Position numbers and translations under genes: made by a program
Part shown: positions 62,075 through 64,000 of the stretch, piece after piece
Position numbering within the stretch: the first letter of the stretch is position 1
Layout of the letters: the number at the start of each line of letters is the position of its first letter
DNA from: Candidatus Acidiferrales bacterium
Lineage (GTDB): Bacteria; Acidobacteriota; Terriglobia; Acidiferrales; UBA7541
Reading direction: 5' to 3'
Length of the DNA: 64,000 nt
NCBI GenBank assembly: GCA_963701055.1
Contig: OY969563.1
Span: 4,980,481 to 5,044,480, forward strand
Notes under the pieces: model-generated
What the model was told of the DNA's origin: nothing
Databases searched by the model: none
What the model saw: the letters and a program-made list of their open reading frames with translations, nothing else

Positions 62075-63598
62075 TTAAGGGTTATACCATTGTCTGCCGT
62101 CTCTTTCGAGTAGTTGGTCCGACTCCTTCGGCCCCCAGCTACCAGAAGGGTACTCCGGCACGGTCGCGGTCTTCGCGGCGCTCCACACATCCAGGATCGG
62201 GTCCACCAGCGACCATGCCGCTTCCACCGAATCCCCCCGGTCAAACAACGTCGCGTCTCCTCGCAAACAATCGCTCAAGAGCGTCGCGTACGCGCTTCGC
62301 GATCCATTTCCAAACGCCTTGATATAGCTGAAATCCATCGCCACATTTCCGATGTTCATCTCCGTTCCGGGCTTCTTGGCGCCAAACGAAATGCAAATTC
62401 CTTCGTCTGGCTGAATATTCAACACCAGCCGGTTCGGTTTCACGTCCTTTTCCCGGAAAACGATATGAGGCGCGCGCTTGAATTGAATCATGATTTCTGT
62501 GGTGCGTTTGGCTAGCCGTTTTCCCGTTCGCAAATAAAAGGGCACGCCAGCCCAGCGCCAGTTGTCGATCAGCAAGCGCATGGAGACGAACGTTTCCGTG
62601 CGCGAGGTTGGACTCACCTGATGCTCTTCCCGATAACCCGGCAGCGCCTTATCCGCCAGCTTCCCCGGTGAATATTGCCCGCGCACAACCCATTGCGCCA
62701 CCATCTCCAGGTTGAATGGCCGGATTGATTGCAGTACTTTCAGTTTTTCGTTGCGCACGGAATTTGCATCAAACGAAGCCGGCGGCTCCACTGCCACCAA
62801 CGACGTGAGCTGCAGCACGTGACTCTGGATCATGTCCCGCAAAGCTCCTGCTGTTTCATAGAATCCACCACGGCGCTCCACTCCCAGCGTTTCCGAAGCG
62901 GTAATCTGCACGTGATCCACATAGTTGCGATTCCACAGCGGCTCAAAAATGCCATTCCCGAAGCGCAGCACCAGCAGGTTCTGCACCGTGTCCTTGCCCA
63001 AATAATGATCGATGCGGTACACCTGCTTTTCTTCGAAAACATTCAGCACAATCTTGTTCAGTTCCTTCGCTGACGCCAAATCGCGCCCAAAGGGCTTTTC
63101 AATAATGATTCTCACCCACGATCCGGGTTTGCACGGGCGCGCCAATCCAGCGCTTCCGAGATGCTCGACAATGTCCTGGTAAACTTCCGGCGGCGTCGAT
63201 AGATAAAACAATCGGTTCCCGCACAAATTATGTTGCGCGTCTAACTCGTCCAGCCGTTTCGCGAGTTTCGCGTACGATTCCGGGTCCTTGTAATCGCCGG
63301 GGGAATAATAGAGGTTGGAAGCAAACTCATTCCATTTGGCGGGTTCGATCGGGCCCACCTCGGAAATCGTCATTGCCGCTTCACCCAACGTGCTCCGGAA
63401 GGAATCATCCGTCATGGGTGTACGCGCAAATCCAAGGATGGTGTATCGCTCTCCCAGGGAACCGTTTTGCGCCAGGTCGTACATGGCCGGGATCACCTTG
63501 CGCTTCGCCAGGTCTCCCGAAGCTCCAAACAGGACGATGGAGCACGGTTCTGCCGAGCCCCCGTAGATCGATCCGCGTCGCGCTGTCTCTTCAGCCAT
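62075..63598 (-). CDS. zwf: Glucose-6-phosphate 1-dehydrogenase
   Basis: LFGASGDLAKRK, EKPFGRDL and RIDHYLGKD are the three canonical Zwf motifs. Confidence 0.95.
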   Translation of the reverse strand: MAEETARRGSIYGGSAEPCSIVLFGASGDLAKRKVIPAMYDLAQNGSLGERYTILGFARTPMTDDSFRSTLGEAAMTISEVGPIEPAKWNEFASNLYYSPGDYKDPESYAKLAKRLDELDAQHNLCGNRLFYLSTPPEVYQDIVEHLGSAGLARPCKPGSWVRIIIEKPFGRDLASAKELNKIVLNVFEEKQVYRIDHYLGKDTVQNLLVLRFGNGIFEPLWNRNYVDHVQITASETLGVERRGGFYETAGALRDMIQSHVLQLTSLVAVEPPASFDANSVRNEKLKVLQSIRPFNLEMVAQWVVRGQYSPGKLADKALPGYREEHQVSPTSRTETFVSMRLLIDNWRWAGVPFYLRTGKRLAKRTTEIMIQFKRAPHIVFREKDVKPNRLVLNIQPDEGICISFGAKKPGTEMNIGNVAMDFSYIKAFGNGSRSAYATLLSDCLRGDATLFDRGDSVEAAWSLVDPILDVWSAAKTATVPEYPSGSWGPKESDQLLERDGRQWYNP

Positions 63599-63652
63599 AG
63601 ATTCCCTCCGGAAGATCGCAAAACAAGGACTGGATGCTACTCGGCTTCAGAA

Positions 63653-64000
63653 CTATACCTCAATCCCAAGAGCCTTTAGGTCGGCCCGTAACTGTTTGGC
63701 ATTCTGATGGTGCACCACGTGCATCCCCAAGCGTCGCGGGTTCTCCAGGTTCAAACTGCGATCGTCAATGAACACGGAAACCTCTGCGGGACGTTGCGAC
63801 ACCTCGAGCGCGATTCTGTAAATTGTTTCCTCCGGCTTGCGCGCGTTCAAGAAACAGGAGCTGAAAAACGCCTGGAATTCCTTGCGCAGACCGAACGCCT
63901 CAATCCGGTATTGGTTCAGCTCCCGTGGCTCGTTATTGATCGATGCCACGTAATATTTCCCGCTTCGCGCCACGTCCGTCAGCACCGCCCGCGTCTCCGG
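63653..64000 (-). CDS. HAD-superfamily hydrolase, C-terminal part (N-terminus lies beyond the window end)
   Basis: KPEETIY and VFIDD are HAD motifs III/IV. The reading frame stays open from 63985 to the window edge. Confidence 0.6.
   Translation of the reverse strand, partial: PETRAVLTDVARSGKYYVASINNEPRELNQYRIEAFGLRKEFQAFFSSCFLNARKPEETIYRIALEVSQRPAEVSVFIDDRSLNLENPRRLGMHVVHHQNAKQLRADLKALGIEV

Overview
This is a 64-kb, gene-dense, GC-rich chromosomal window. The gene families suggest an Acidobacteriota (Terriglobia-like) genome, but that is an inference and no search was run. The supporting families are a PadR regulator next to an ADOP duplicated orphan permease, a CarboxypepD_reg-type TonB-dependent receptor, many TPR proteins, three CRTAC1 (FG-GAP + ASPIC/UnbV) paralogs, an S53 sedolisin and Tat-signal enzymes. 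I support about 45 protein genes. There is no rRNA, no intact tRNA and no CRISPR array.

Layout:
- 1.5-7.0 kb: fucoside/galactoside operon (GH27, Zn-dehydrogenase, FucP, GH29).
- 7.2-12.2 kb: PadR + ADOP permease, then a secreted trehalase.
- 12.3-37.2 kb: a large extracytoplasmic redox/TPR supercluster. It holds a TonB-dependent receptor, a tightly coupled 4-gene operon (Trx-fold protein, a cytochrome c fused to a PHM/DBH-like copper monooxygenase and TPRs, a heptaheme-TPR cytochrome, a TPR protein), a divergent ToxR-like regulator, two more large TPR proteins, a pentaheme-TPR cytochrome, three CRTAC1 paralogs and a GH13 alpha-glucosidase.
- 37.2-38.7 kb: a small gene-decay pocket.
- 38.8-64 kb: ECF sigma factor, galT-galE, a 0.9-kb noncoding gap containing a 23-bp-stem inverted repeat, a NarL-type response regulator, a KamA-family radical SAM enzyme, housekeeping and secreted enzymes, Hsp20 + PDZ-GAF-PP2C phosphatase, TPM-NTase-LemA, a Rieske oxygenase, mmsA, a vapBC module whose antitoxin is split by an IS630-family element, and glk-zwf.

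The best candidate for an undescribed system is the heme/copper/TPR operon at 12.3-17.5 kb, together with its paralogous multiheme-TPR/CRTAC1 modules up to 37 kb. All functional calls come from reading motifs in the translations. No database search, alignment or folding program was run.
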